Numbered from the stretch's first letter, positions 12,516 through 25,392 are shown. The stretch is 64,000 nucleotides of DNA from Chiloscyllium plagiosum (GCF_004010195.1 NC_057720.1:5244177-5308176), one strand, 5' to 3'. Notes: a model not told the origin generated them from the sequence alone. Numbers and translations: made by a program.

Positions 12516-13509
12516 CAGAATCTATACTTCAAGGACAATTATAACAGAAGTGGTAGTGGAACAGTTCACTTTTACTCTGCGCATTACTAGGTCAGACAAG
12601 ATTTTAATACATCTAAAATTTTTCAGGACATATTATGCAGCGTGGGCATTAAACATTTGAAGTCTACTGCCAACCATCCACAAACATAGGGAGTTTTGGA
12701 GAGATAACGTCAGCCTCTCAAAACCATGATTATAGCATACTGGCATGAACATTCTCAGAATTCTTATAAAGCATTAGACTTCTTACTCTTTCCAGCAGAG
12801 ATCTCACAAATGATTCTAATAGATTTAGTCCATTCAAAATGATGGCCACGAGATGACAGGTCAAATAAATTGATTAGACAGACTTAAGATAAAAAGATGA
12901 ATTTTCAAGATTGGATTGTGTCTGTGTTTCTTGAGGGACTCACAAGAGAATAGAAAAAAATTCACAAAGGAAGAATGGCAGACAGACTGGCAAAATCTGT
13001 ATCATTACCTTCACAAGACCAACTTTTGAGTGTGAAGTTTAGTGGAAGGTCTAAGATAGTTAGGAGGGTTAGTACAGCGACTTATCTGATTGCAGGAAGA
13101 ATTCTGGGTTGAGTCATGTGCATATGCTAAAGCAATGTCATTATAGGGAAGGAGATAATTTAAAACAAGTATGCCATTTAGTCAGAGGAGGGGAGCATGG
13201 CAGACACAAAATGTGATAAAAGGAGAGGCAAACAGCTTGTATAATTCAATTATTCAATAATGAAATACTAGGACATTTAGATACCATTTTCATACTTAAA
13301 GGACAACTTATGATCTGGTAAACTTAAGAAATTAACAATCCATACAGATTCACCAGGATGTACTATGTTTGACATGGAAGATGGCGAAAATGCAGAGGAA
13401 TCAGTAACTTAAGACAGCATCCTTATTTGTCAAGTCCAGATTAAAAAAAGCTCATACGGAATTCATCAGTGGCTTCTATGCCAGATGGGTCTACTAGGAT
13501 CATAGAAAA

Positions 13510-14470
13510 GGGAGTGTAGTGGAGTGGAGGGACCTTGGAGTTCAGGTGCACAGATCCCTGAAAGTGGAGTTACAAGTAGACAGGGCAGTGAGGGCGGCTT
13601 TCAGCACACTGACCTTCATCAGTCAGGGGCATTGAGTATAGAAGTTGGGAAAGTTATGTTGCAGTTGTACAGGATATTGGTGAGGCCATACTTGAAGTAC
13701 TGTGTTCAGTTTTGGTCACCTTGCTGTGGGAAGGATGTTATTAAACTGGAAAGACTGCAGAAGAAATTTACAAGTATGTTGCCAGGACTCAAAGGTTTGA
13801 GGTACAGGGAGAGGTTGGACAAACTCTGACTTTTTTTTTTGAAGAGCATAGGAGACTGAAGGGGCAATCTTACAGAAGTGTATAAGATAGAGTCATAGAG
13901 ATGTACAGCATGGAAACAGACCCTTCGGTTCAACACGTCCATGCCGACCAGATATCCCAACCCAATCTAGTGCCACCTGCCAGTACCCAGCCCATATCCC
14001 TCCAAACCCTTCCTATTCATATACCCATCCAAATGCCTCTTAAATGTTGCAATTGTACCAGCCTCCACCACTTCTTCTGGCAGCTCATTCCATATGTGTA
14101 CCACCCTCTGTGAAAGAGTTGCCCCTTAGGTCTCTTTCATATCTTCATGAGAAGCATGTGTAGGGTGAATGCAGTCTTTTTCTCAGGGTTGGGGAATCAA
14201 GGACTAGAGGGCATCAGTTTAAGGTTCGAGGGGAAAAGATTAAAAGGGAACCTGAGGGGTAACATTTTTACATAGAGGGTAGTACACATGTGGAATCAGC
14301 TGCCAGCAGAAATGCTTGAGGCGGTACATTAACAAAATTTAAAAGGCATTTGGATAAATACATGGATAGGAAAGGTTTACAAGGATACGGGCCAAGTTCA
14401 GGGAAATGCGGTTAATGTTGATTGACATTTTGGTCAGCATGGATCAGTTTGGGCTGTAGGACTCAGTCTC
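13510..14470 (+). mobile_element. CR1 LINE 3' fragment with an antisense CR1 3' end nested at ~13887-14145
   Basis: LYRILVRPYLKYCVQFWSP...LERLQKKFTSMLPGL motif. It splits the Gypsy RT remnant. Confidence 0.88.
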
Positions 14471-15341
14471 TAAATGAGTGTAATAACAAAAACAGATGCA
14501 TGCCCAATTTCTGTGAGAAAACAAAATCGACAGGGTTGGTAGCACTTCATTTCTTTCTAAAATTGATACATTGAAGGGGTATTTCAATTAACATCAAAAG
14601 GTTCAGAGGCACCAGCCTTCATTACACCAAATGGGATAAATCAAAGTTGAGTAATCCCAAGAGTTTAAGAATGCCCAGCTACAATCCAAAGTCTGATTAA
14701 GAAGAAATAAGCTGAAGTGCCTAACTGTGTAGTTTATTTAGACAATATTGAAATACGAAGTACAAGTAACAAGACTTGTTTATGCAACAATAGTTATCTG
14801 GTTCAGTAACACATCTCTCCAACAGAAAATGTTCAAATGTGGGGACAACGTACCGAGGAAATTTCAATGAATTGAAACTTCCCCTCCCCCTGCCACCACT
14901 TATACAAAGTCTCACTCGAGTTGGGTGGAATTTTATATAGATTTATAACAGCTTTTTGGCAGTGGTACAAGGCCAAATTAGTTTGCAATGACATGAGAAC
15001 TCCAGTGTAATTACAGTCTGAAGCAAACTGTACAACTGTTGTCCATAATAAAATGATGCTCATTACTGAAGCAGATACAGAAGAAAGCATGGCAAGTGAT
15101 AGATTTACATTTTTATCAATGTGAAGAAACATAAAAAAACTAGGAAGTTTTGATCATTCAGTTTTTCAAGCCAACTTCACCATTCAATTAGATCATCTAC
15201 TTCAACATCATTTTCCTGCACTATCCCTATATGTTTTTAAGATGTCAAGATATATTAATTTCAGACTCCAACATATTCAGTGATTGAGCTTCTGTGGTCC
15301 TCTGGGATACAGAACTTTATTATCCAGATTTCAGTTCATAC

Positions 15342-15404
15342 CTGCTGTAAATGTAATAAATCAGGCTTATTATATTCAGTGTTAACATGCAACACTCCCA
15401 GAAT
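15342..15404 (-). CDS. Candidate internal exon of an unidentified gene (ILGVLHVNTEYNKPDLLHLQQ)
   Basis: tttctaaatag|...CAG|gtatga; 63 nt, open in phase 0, in non-repeat sequence. No recognised homology. Confidence 0.3.
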
Positions 15405-15756
15405 CTATTTAGAAATCAGTGTTGGGCCTTCTCAAAATGTATTCATGCAACATGGTCTCACATCACAATCTTTTGAGGTACAGAATCCAAACACAAACTA
15501 GTATGCAGGCATTATGCACGTACCAAAATTCATTGCATGTTGAGCTTAATTCAATTCTTCTATTCGTGGTTAGGAGCAAACTTCTTGGATACAAGTTTAA
15601 TTTTTAAAACATAACTGGAGAATAATGCTATTTGGCTATATCATTTTTCAAATACAATTCCTGGCCTTTCACACTGAACATTGGCCCAAAATCAGTACAC
15701 TCAATTAATTATGAAAAAGATTTCATAAACTAAACCTCAAAGTGGTTTGCACATAC

Positions 15757-15821
15757 CCCAACATGCATTTCTATAAGTTCTTGTATATAGCAAAGTAATC
15801 CAGGACCTTTCATGACCCATG
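15757..15821 (-). CDS. Candidate internal exon (xWVMKGPGLLCYIQELIEMHVG)
   Basis: cattttttag|...GGG|gtatgt; 65 nt. The phase 1-to-0 reading joins in frame to 15342-15404. Confidence 0.3.
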
Positions 15822-15996
15822 CTAAAAAATGTACATGACCAAGCAAACGAGATCAACAAAGCACAGTTTAAAATAAAGGGTGTGATATTGAAAATGGTGG
15901 TAAGGACTTTCTTTTCTCTTAGAGGGTGATAAGTTCTTGGTAATTTCGACTGCAAGCCATTAAATAAAGACAGAGATAGGTTGACTCTCTTGTTAG

Positions 15997-16224
15997 GTAA
16001 AAACAATGACTGTAGATGCTGGAAACCAGATTTTGGATTAGTGGTGCTGGAAGAGCACAGCAGTTCAGGCAGCATCCGAGGAAGAAGTGAGGTCTGCAGA
16101 TGCTGGAGATCAGAGTTGAGTGTGTGTTGCTGGATGAAGGGCTCCGGCCCAAAACATCGACTCTCCTGCTCCTTTGATGCTGCCCGACCTGCTGTGCTTT
16201 TCCAGCAACACACTCAACTCTGAT
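15997..16224. mobile_element. Composite of family A and family B-like Penelope-derived arms in inverted arrangement
   Basis: TSD TCTCTTGTTAG at 15986-15996 and 16225-16235. Confidence 0.85.
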
Positions 16225-19129
16225 TCTCTTGTTAGTCAAGGACCTGGGATTATTAGGGGTACAGAAGAATGAGTGTTAAAGTCATCATCAGATCAGCCAT
16301 AGTCTTGTCAGAGCTGACTCAACGGGCCAAATAACACAATTCGGTGATCAAAAGTAAAGCAAAAGCAAGTTACTACATATTTTGAAAACCTGAAATAAAA
16401 ATAGAATGCTTGAAATGCTGGTCAGGCAGAATACGTGAAGAGAAAAGCAGAATATTATTTCAAGTCTGTGTCCCTTCACTCAGGTCAGTCACAAAACAAA
16501 TTTTTCACTCTGTGGAACTGCTGAATATTTCCAGCATTTTTGGTTTATTTTGTAGGCTAAACAATCTAGGATTGTCTTGAGAAGATAGCGCAATGTAACT
16601 GTAGGGGTGTTAATCCATCATGTTATCTTGAATACAGCATGCAAATTCAGACGTGACATGCAAACATTTTGAATAGTAAAAATTGCATGCGACACACGAA
16701 TGTTAGATTAAATGAGCTTCATATTTCATACTCAGCATCTCAAATTCAACTCTTAAAAGTCATAACTAATGGTTCACTGCTTTCAGTCAGTAAATAACTA
16801 AACTACACAGTCTACAAGGTCCCAAGTTCAACTTGAGCACGAACTGTTAGTTGATCACATTTGAGGGGCATTGAGTCTTGAGCCCAATAAAATATCTCTG
16901 ATTACACAGAATACTGGAAAGCATTTAATGCCTGACACAAGTAATGCAAATGCCTTGAGGAGAAGAAATGCATTAATATGATACAGAAAGTATAGCTACA
17001 ATAATGGATTGTAGTGAATTGGCCACTTCGACATAATAGATACTAGGTGGCGATGACAATAGGTTCCAACACAGTGAATCATTTCCTAACACAAATCTCC
17101 TGCAATAAAGAAAGCTAGCCAAATGGAAAAACCGATCTTTTGTAAGAACTGAAAATATGTTTAGACATCCCAAATTGGACTCAGCAGAAGATTATTGACT
17201 GGTACCAATCGATATGTTATTTTTGTTCAATACTGAAAGATCTTGCGTTGTAGGTCATAGTACATTATAATTTCAAATGTTCCCCTGAATGGTACTGCAA
17301 CTAACATGTATAGTGATTAATTGTATTAACTTATAATAGTGTTGCCCTGAAAACCAAGCCGAAGGTCGTTCTTGACTTTGTCTTCTCAACTAGTTTACCT
17401 TGAATCCAATTTAGTGTGGGATCAAACCACACAATAAAAGTTATGAACTTCATACGGCATTAAAAAAGTTACATTTCATTTCATTATTTTAAGACTAATA
17501 GCATAAAAGGCAAGTCCTTATTATAAAAATAACATACACCAGGAGTAGGCCATTTGGCCCCTCAAGACTGGCCCACCATTCAACAAGATTGTGGCTAATC
17601 TGCTTCAGGCCTCAAATCCTCTTTCCTGCCAACTCAGCAGGTTCTAACGGACTAGAAATTGAGAGTTTACCTACTACACGTGGAATGCAGTGGTTCAATA
17701 TGGCAGCTCATCACCATCTTCTCAAGGGCAACCTGGGACAGGCAATAAATGTTAGTCTAAGAGTGAATAAAAAAAAACTTCGGGATTGGGGAACTTCAAC
17801 AGAGCACACAATGGAGCAATACTTCCTCTATTTTTTCTTAACCCCTGCTATGCACAGACTTCCAAGGCCTGGGTCTGACAGCAACTTCTGAAACTGGAAG
17901 TCAATGTGTTGACATGCTGACTGGCATGTGTGGAACCTCTGAGCAGCTGTAAAGTTCTGCAAAAATATTGCTATGGATTAGTACTGCATCACTGACAGCA
18001 ACCTCTCTGTCTATAGATAACTGCACATGTGCAGACACCAAAACTGCTCAGTCTCAAGAGTAATCACAGCAAATACTGCCAGTTTCACTATCATTGCTAA
18101 TGCAAAACCCAGACCACAGCTGCAGCAATAGGAACCCTGACTAAATTTCACCATCACTACTTCCACCAATATTTATCCTAATTGCCAGACCCTCAAACAC
18201 TGCCGTGTGATCTCAGTGTAGATCAGTATTTTAATGGTCACCAAAACAAAATGTCACATGCCACCACAATCAGGAAATGTATAAAAAGTTACAAGAAAAC
18301 TGGTACACATGCATTCTATGATTTGCAAAACAGATCATATTCACGCTGCTGTTTAAACTCTAATGATTTGACAGTTTAAAGGAGTAGGTCCAATCTTTAA
18401 ACACAGCCATGCACAATTCAAACTCTAAGTCTTGCCCCAAGTAATTTTCAGCAATTCCATTAATCGTAATTCTTTTTCTAACTAAAAATAACTGCAGCAC
18501 TGCACTAAATCAATGCTGAAGTACCCTGGCATTTCGCTGTGGGGATGAGTTATTCTGCTTGCCATGTACATTAGTATTGTAAACAAATGTAGGAATATTT
18601 TCCATTACAGTTGCTTAAAATATTGAACTGACCAGGGAAAGCTTTTCACTTTTATGGATGCTATCACAATACAATGAAAAGGAATATATTCCAGAATAGT
18701 TTCCCAGCAGACACTCTGGGGTCAGCCATAATCTGTCCTTTCGCATCTGTACTCTTTTGTAGAGCTTCTATCACCACATCACAACTGCGTGAGTTCAAGC
18801 CCCAATGCAGAAAGATTGAAGAGTGTTATCTTCCTTGGAAAAGAGGCTGAGGGGCAACATCATTGCGATGTACAAAATTGAGGGGGTCCTGGCTAAAGTG
18901 TCATGGAAAGGACCTATTTATCTTGGCAAAGAGGCCATAGGGGACAGATTTAGAGGGGAAAGAGAAGAAAAATAATTTCAGACTGGAGGACAGTTGGTGT
19001 CTAGCACATTGTCTGAAAGATTAGTGAAAGTCAGAAATGCTTGACGTGTTTAAATGGCATCTGGAGATATGGTGCCAGAACTGCAGGGATGTGGCCAAAT
19101 ACTAGCAAGTATTTCAACACAGGATTTAG

Positions 19130-19325
19130 AGGTGCCAGTGTTGCACTGGGGTGTACAAAGTTAAAAACCACACAACACGAGATTATAGTCCAACAGGTTT
19201 ATTTGGAAGCACTAGCTTTTGGAGTGCTGCCCACACCTGATGAAGGAGCAGTGCTCCGAAAGCTAGTGCTTCCAAATAAACCAGTTGGACTATAACGTGG
19301 TGTTGTGAGATTTTTCACTTTGCAC
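19130..19325. mobile_element. Inverted pair of family C Penelope-derived elements
   Basis: Arms AAAGTTAAAAA...GGAAGCACTAGCTTT and AAAGCTAGTGCTTCC...TTTTTCACTTT; same family as 38762-38960 and 60752-60884. Confidence 0.85.
19234..19268 (+). ncRNA. Minimal hammerhead ribozyme motif (family C), intact core
   Basis: CAC-CTGATGA-A-GGAGC/AGT/GCTCC-GAAA-GCTA-GTG: stem I CAC:GTG, 5-bp stem II, palindromic AGCT stem III, CUA cleavage triplet. Confidence 0.8.
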
Positions 19326-19592
19326 AAAACAGGAGGCCATTTGTTGTTAGCAGGTATGGAGTGACTCTAAAAATGACCATTATAATACCATTCTCTTGCA
19401 TTTTCCCCATACTCTTGCACACTGAATGTTATTTAAATAGGAACAATCCCTTCTTGAATGCCTCAATTGAATCTGTCTCCACCACATCAGGTAGCTCATT
19501 CCAGCCTCGAACCACTTGCAAGAAAATGCTTTTCTCACATCACATTTTCAAATCACTTCTAATGTGTGCCTCTCGTTCTTACTTCATAGGGA

Positions 19593-19993
19593 GAATCCCT
19601 ACAATGTGGAAGCAGACCATTTGGAGAAAGTAAGTGCAGATGCTGGAAAAGCACAGCAGGGCAGGCAGCATCTGAGCAGCGGCAGACCATTTAGCCCATC
19701 GAGTCCACACTGACACTCTGCAGAGCCTCCTACCCAAACCCACCCTTTAAACCCTGCATTTCCCCAGGCTAATCCATCCAACCTGTGCATCCGCTGGAAC
19801 ACATTGGGCAACTTAGCATAGCCAATCCACCTAATCTGCACATCTTTGGACAGTGGGAGGAAACCAGAGCACCCAGAGGAAACACATGCAGACATGGGGA
19901 GAATGTGCAAACTACAGTCAGCCAAGGGTGGAACCGAACCCAGGTGCCTGGCTCTGTGGGACAGTACTGCTAACTAACCACTGAGCCATCATG
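19593..19993 (-). mobile_element. HE1-type tRNA-derived V-SINE with a small Penelope-derived insert at 19623-19680
   Basis: Matches 56769-57081. The insert is flanked by GCAGACCATTT at 19612-19622 and 19682-19692. Confidence 0.85.
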
Positions 19994-21989
19994 TAAGCCC
20001 CCAAGTGAGAATTCTTACAGGTGAGAACAGTCTTTCCCCGTCTATTCCATCTAGCTCAACAGTAATTTTGAAAATTCCCAACAGGTCTCCTCTTAGCCTC
20101 TTTCTCTCTAAAGTTGGGATGTTCACTTTTGACTGGCACAGTCACAATGGGCAAAGTAGCCTCTTTCTGAACTTAAACCTTCTAATGATTTATAAAACAA
20201 TTGGATAGATGCCCAACTGGTCTGGTTTTTGATGGTGCTTCTTAAAGGTTAAATATCAAGCAAGACATGGAGAACTCTGCAACATTGTTTTAAATATTGA
20301 GACAGCATCTTTTACATCAATCTGAACCCAACACAAATGGACTTTTATTTTAATGTTCCATCAGAAATTTCGTACTTCCAATAATGGAGAACTCCCTTAG
20401 TATAATAAACCAATTTCAGAAAAGAATGTCAATCTTTAGCCTCAAAGCAAGTGCAAAGTAATGAGATAACAGATGAGTCAACTGAAAGTTTCTTGAATTT
20501 TGCCTTCTTGGGCATCTTTCATTAAGATTACTAGAACACCTTCAACCACCTTGGTCTGCTTTCTGAAATCACCACACTAAACCCTTTCTATTACACTCTA
20601 TCTCAAAACCCATCTTTTAGTCAAATCTATAATAACGTGACTCCTCCTATTTCATTTCTGTGAAGCCTCTTGGAAAGATTTTCCTACTTTAAATGTGCTA
20701 TATAAACACAAGCAGCTGCTGTTGTGCCTTTCATCCATCCCCAGAGATGGGAGTCCTTCCGTTCCCAGAACTGACCCTCCCAGCTTTAATCAGTCAGTCA
20801 CTTGGTACATAGCACACAATCAAGTTCCAAGAGTCATGGGACTTTCATCTCTTCCAGGTGGTGGCAATTCCAGTGCTTCAACTTCGTGTGTGGAATTCCA
20901 CTTTGCTTTTGTTTTAAAACCCCAAGTGATGCTCAGAAGTCTGCTCAATTACCAGGTTTCCATCAAATCCACTTTATTATTTTGAGCAGCTGAATTATCA
21001 TGTATTTTGTCCTGTCTGTATTGCAATTAATCACTTTGGAATTAAAGACAATGTTTCAATCTGCACTGGAAATTTGTTACTTTCTTTAAACTTTATTGCA
21101 GTAACAAAAAAGGAGGAAAATAATGAGATTGTTGTATATAAATCAGGGATTCTGTCAGGATGACAAATGTGGTCACAGTGATAGTGTCCAAAACTAATGC
21201 AATAACCAATGACGCTTTACATCTCTGATTTAACATTATATTTCTTGGAAAAAGTGTGATCGTGAAAACTCCTCAGTTGATACAAATTCTCAATTTATTA
21301 CACAGCACTCGTGGCATAGACAAAAATTATTTTGAGTGCTCTTAAAACGCGTTATCAAATATTAAACACTTTTCAAATACAGCATTAAGTCACAACGATC
21401 TTTCTCTCATCCTCTCAGCCCATGCTGATCCTTGAAGGTGCAAATGGCTCATTGCATTTCACATGAACCAAAAGAATTCACTGAAGGGATGTATCAACTC
21501 CACGATGGAGTGAAAAACTAGGATCTACCAATATGCTAGCAGCTGTTTTCCCATTAAAATAACTGCAAATTCAAATTTAGTCCTAAAAATCTAAATCTGC
21601 TTAGCAGTGCTTTTTTTGCTCTTGAAGTGGCTTAGAGAAATCTAAATTGTAGAAGGCATTGTTACTGCCTTGAAAGGCATTAGAAGTGGAGACCATAAGG
21701 AAATAAATTATAGCTGCAATAAACATCCTAATGAGCGAGCTAGGCATTAAACAGTGACTTGTTAAACATTAATTCTTGGGATATGGGTGTCACTGACATT
21801 TACTGACACATTCTGAGAAAGTGTATTCTTGAAATAGTACAATGTGTAAGGTTGCAAGATTTTGATCAGCAACCAAAAATGAATGGGGACAAGGCAGGAG
21901 AATGGGGCTGCGAAACATAGCAGCCACGATCAAATGGATGAGCAGACTTAATCGGCCAAATAGCTATTTCTGCTCAGATATCTTATGGT

Positions 21990-22625
21990 CTAATATCTAG
22001 CCCTGGCTAAAATGTGGCAAGTGATGTTCGCTTCACACAAATTCCCAGCAACGATCATCTCCATCAAGAGAATCCAATCACCCTTGACATCAATGGCATT
22101 ACCATCACTGAATCCCTGACTAACAACATCCTGGAGGTTGCTACCAACAAGACACCGAACCAAAGTAGCCATGTAAATACTGTGACTAACAGCACACATC
22201 AGAAGCTAGGAATCGCGAAGTAATTCACCTCACAACTCCCCACAGCTTGTACACTAACTCCAAGGCATAAATCATGAGCATGGAGGACTACTCTCCAGTT
22301 CCTTGATGAGTGCAGCTCCAACAATATTCGAGGCTTGGCACCATCCAAGACGGAATAGCCCACTTGATCAGCACTACACTCACAATCACTCTGTCTTCCA
22401 CCACCAAATGTTCAGCAGCAGCACAATGTACTGTATAGAAGGTGAAGTGCTCCTTAGCCAGCACTTCCCAAACCCATGACCAGTAAAAGGACAAGACCAA
22501 TAGATATAAAGGAATAGGACCACCTGCAGTTTTGACCTCCAAGCAATCTTGACTTAGATAAATATATCATTGTTCCTTCACCAAAATCCAGGAATTCCCT
22601 CCCAACTGCATTGTGGGCCTACCTA
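21990..22625 (+). mobile_element. Old CR1/L2-group LINE RT 3' remnant
   Basis: WQVMFA...LDINGITITES..NILEV..HVNTV...QKLGI. A related antisense copy lies at ~41985-42680. Confidence 0.6.
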
Positions 22626-22779
22626 AATCAAACAGACTTTGGAATTCAAAACAGCATGTTTATAAATGGTCACACTACAGCTTACGAGGGGAAACAAGAA
22701 AGCACCAGACAGCCAGAATGGAATAGAATAGTAGCATGGTAACCTCCAGTAAAAGTGTGATTGAGAAGCAGATATATAG

Positions 22780-23008
22780 CTGAAAATGTGTTGCTGGAAA
22801 AGCACAGTAGGTCAGGCAGCATCCAAGGAGCAGGAGAATCGACGTTTTGGGCATGAGCCCTTCTTCAGGAAAGGAGCACTTTCCTGAAGAAGGGCTCATG
22901 CCCGAAACGTCAATTCTCCTGCTCCTTGGATGCTGCCTGACCTGCTGCGCTTTTCCAGCAACACATTTTCAGCTCTGATCTCCAGCATCTGCAGTCTTCA
23001 CTTTCTCC
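22780..23008. mobile_element. Inverted pair of family B elements; hammerhead core at 22884-22911
   Basis: TSD AAGCAGATATATAG at 22766-22779 and 23009-23022. Core CTGAAGA-A-GGGC/TCAT/GCCC-GAAA-CGTC. Confidence 0.92.
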
Positions 23009-23029
23009 AAGCAGATATATAGGCAAATT

Positions 23030-24370
23030 TGAGAAGTACAAAGACAATAGAGCAGTCATAATAGGGGATTCAATAGCACTTGGGGTAGTTTTAGTGTAAA
23101 GAAATTGAGGCAGAACTTTTGACATGCATTCAGAAAAGTTTTGTTGACTAGTACATATATAAGATGGCCACTTTGAATTTAGTTTCAGGAAATGAAGTTA
23201 TGTGAGCATTTTGCTAGAAAATAAATCATTATCATAGTTCAATAAAGCTCTAACAGAACTTGAGTAAGGTCAAAAGATAGAAAAGTTCTATATTGGCGCA
23301 AGGCCAATTTTGCTCAGCTGAGGAATGATTTAGCAAACATGGATTGGAAGTTACTGTTTGAAAGCAAATCAATACAAGAGCAATTGGAAGGAAGGGGAAA
23401 ACTCAGAGTTAACATGCTCCCATAAAGAAAATGGGTGGAATGGACAAATCTAGTGTCCTTGGATGTCAAGGGCTAAGAGTTTATACCGAACACTAACTCA
23501 ATACTACAGAAAGTTGAGAAGAGTAGAGAAAATGGAGGAATAAACTCAAAAACGAAATTAGGAAAGCAAAGAATAGTGGCAAATAAAATCAAGGAAAAAT
23601 TAAAGATGTTTCATCAACATATTAACAGTAAAAAGAATAGAGAAGGTCTTTTCCCTGAGATGGGAGAGTCTGGAACTAGAGGGCATAGGTTTGGGGTGAA
23701 AGGGGAAAGATTTAAAAAGGGACCTAAGGTGCATGCATGGAATGAGCTGCCAGAGGAGGTGGAGGAGTTTGGTAAAATTAGAACATTTAAAAAGGCATCT
23801 GGATGGGTATGTGAATATATGCAGAGAGCAGAACACATAAAAAGGCTTAAAAAGTTAACCTGTGTCAAGGAAGGTGTTGATATGGTTAATTAATATTATT
23901 TCGAGTCTATCTGCACAAAGAGGGGACATTGCAGATGGTGCAGTTGAGGAGGAGGAGGAGAGTGAAGCATTGGATGCAAATGGCATGCAGAGGTAGCATT
24001 AATAGGATTATCATCCCAGGCTATTAAAACAAAACAAGGTGGAAACAGTATAAGGTCTAAAGGTCACTTCTCAATCCTCACAGGTGTGAAGCAGTGGAAG
24101 ATTTGAGGACTGCAAACATTGTACCTTTGTAAACAAAGGGAATAAGGAACAGACCAAATAATTACAGGTCAGATAGTCTAACCCCAGTAGTCCACAAATT
24201 ATTGAAATCAATTCAGAGGATAAACAGTCATTAAGGAATGCAAGGGTTCATCAAGAAAAGTCAGCATGGATTTATAAAGCAGAGTGAGACTAACTTGATT
24301 GAATTTTCAGAGAAATTGCCAATGAGATTAATGGAGGTGACATGGTTTATGGCTTTTGACCAGGTCTCTC
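23030..24370 (+). mobile_element. Old CR1 LINE ORF2 remnant with a nested younger CR1 piece
   Basis: ANKIKEKLKMFHQHINSK and NYR/QHGF-like motifs; WNELPEEV fragment at ~23640-23812. Confidence 0.7.
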
Positions 24371-24450
24371 AGAGTCAGAGACATACAGCATAGAAACTTG
24401 TCCCTGCTGACCAGATATCCTAAATTAATCTGGACCCATTAGCCAGCACT

Positions 24451-25392
24451 TGAATTGAATTGAATTTATTGTACCAAGGCACAATGAAAAGCTTTGTTTT
24501 GTGAGGATGTAGCACAGATGAGTAAATAATAGGTAAACAGTGGCAAAACCAAAACACAGGTTCAGGTGAGTGTTAAGAGTTTGAGTCCATTCAGTATTCT
24601 AACAACAGTAGGGTAGAAACTGTTTCAAAACCGGCTAGTGCATATGTTTAGGTTTCTGTACCTTCTTCCCGATGATAGAGGTTGTAGAAAAACATTGCCA
24701 GGGTGGGATGGATCTTTGAGAATGCTGGCGGCCTTTCCTCGACAGTGGGCCTGGTAGATGGATTCTATAGATGGGAGGTTGGCCTTTGTGTCCAGGCCGA
24801 GTTCACTACTCTCTGTAACTGTCTCCGATCTTGAATGGTACAGTTGTCATATCAGGCAGTGATACATCCAGACAGAATGCTCTCGATGGCGCACCTATAA
24901 AAGTTGGCAAGGGTATTCGCTGTCATGCCAAATTTCCTCAGCTGTCTGAGGAAGAGGAGACGTTGTTGGGCCTTTGTAACCAGTGCTTCCACATGAAGAA
25001 TCCAAGAAACCTTGTTGTGGATGACCACTCCCAGGAGCTTGACACTCTCCACTTGTTCCACCTCTGTGCTGTTAATGTGTAGGGAGGCATGAGTAACATC
25101 CTGCCGAAAGTCAATGAACTCCTTGGTTTTGCCGGCATTAAGAGCTAGGTTGTTCTCAATGCACCATTTTTCCAGGTCTTCCACCTCCTGTTGTAGTCTG
25201 TTTCGTTGCCATCTGAGATTCAACCAACTATGGTGGTGTCAACAGTGAACTTGCAAATGGCATTAGTCTGGTATTTGATGATGCAGTCATGGGTGTACAG
25301 TGAGTACAGTAGGGGGCTGAGTATACACCACAGGGGGAGGGACAGTGTTGAGTGTTAGCGATGATGAACTATTGCACCCAATCTTCACTGAT
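24451..25392 (-). mobile_element. Rex1/Babar-type LINE 3' portion, nested in a CR1 3' end
   Basis: WCIENNLALNAGKTKE..DFR...KAQQRLLFLRQLRKFGM...NFYRCAIESILSGCITA, with an (AATTC)n tail at 24451-24470. The CR1 tail continues on both sides (24372-24451 and 25394-25750). Confidence 0.85.

Larger units (their letters stand above)
11770..15000 (+). mobile_element. Fossil Gypsy LTR retrotransposon pol (integrase, then RT; Gmr1-like), interrupted by later insertions
   Basis: Frameshifted motifs in order: LQVAH*IPMAG (zinc-finger region), LDCVGS*PRTK, TIMDMTT, GIKHLKSTANHPQT*GVLER*RQPLKTMIIAY (integrase core), KFSGRSKIVRRVS..HVHMLK (GPY/F-like), then RQHPY, PDGSTR, KTDACPI, IDRVGSTSFLSKIDTLKGY, AFITPNG, NCVVYLDNI (RT YLDD-like). 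Confidence 0.8.
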
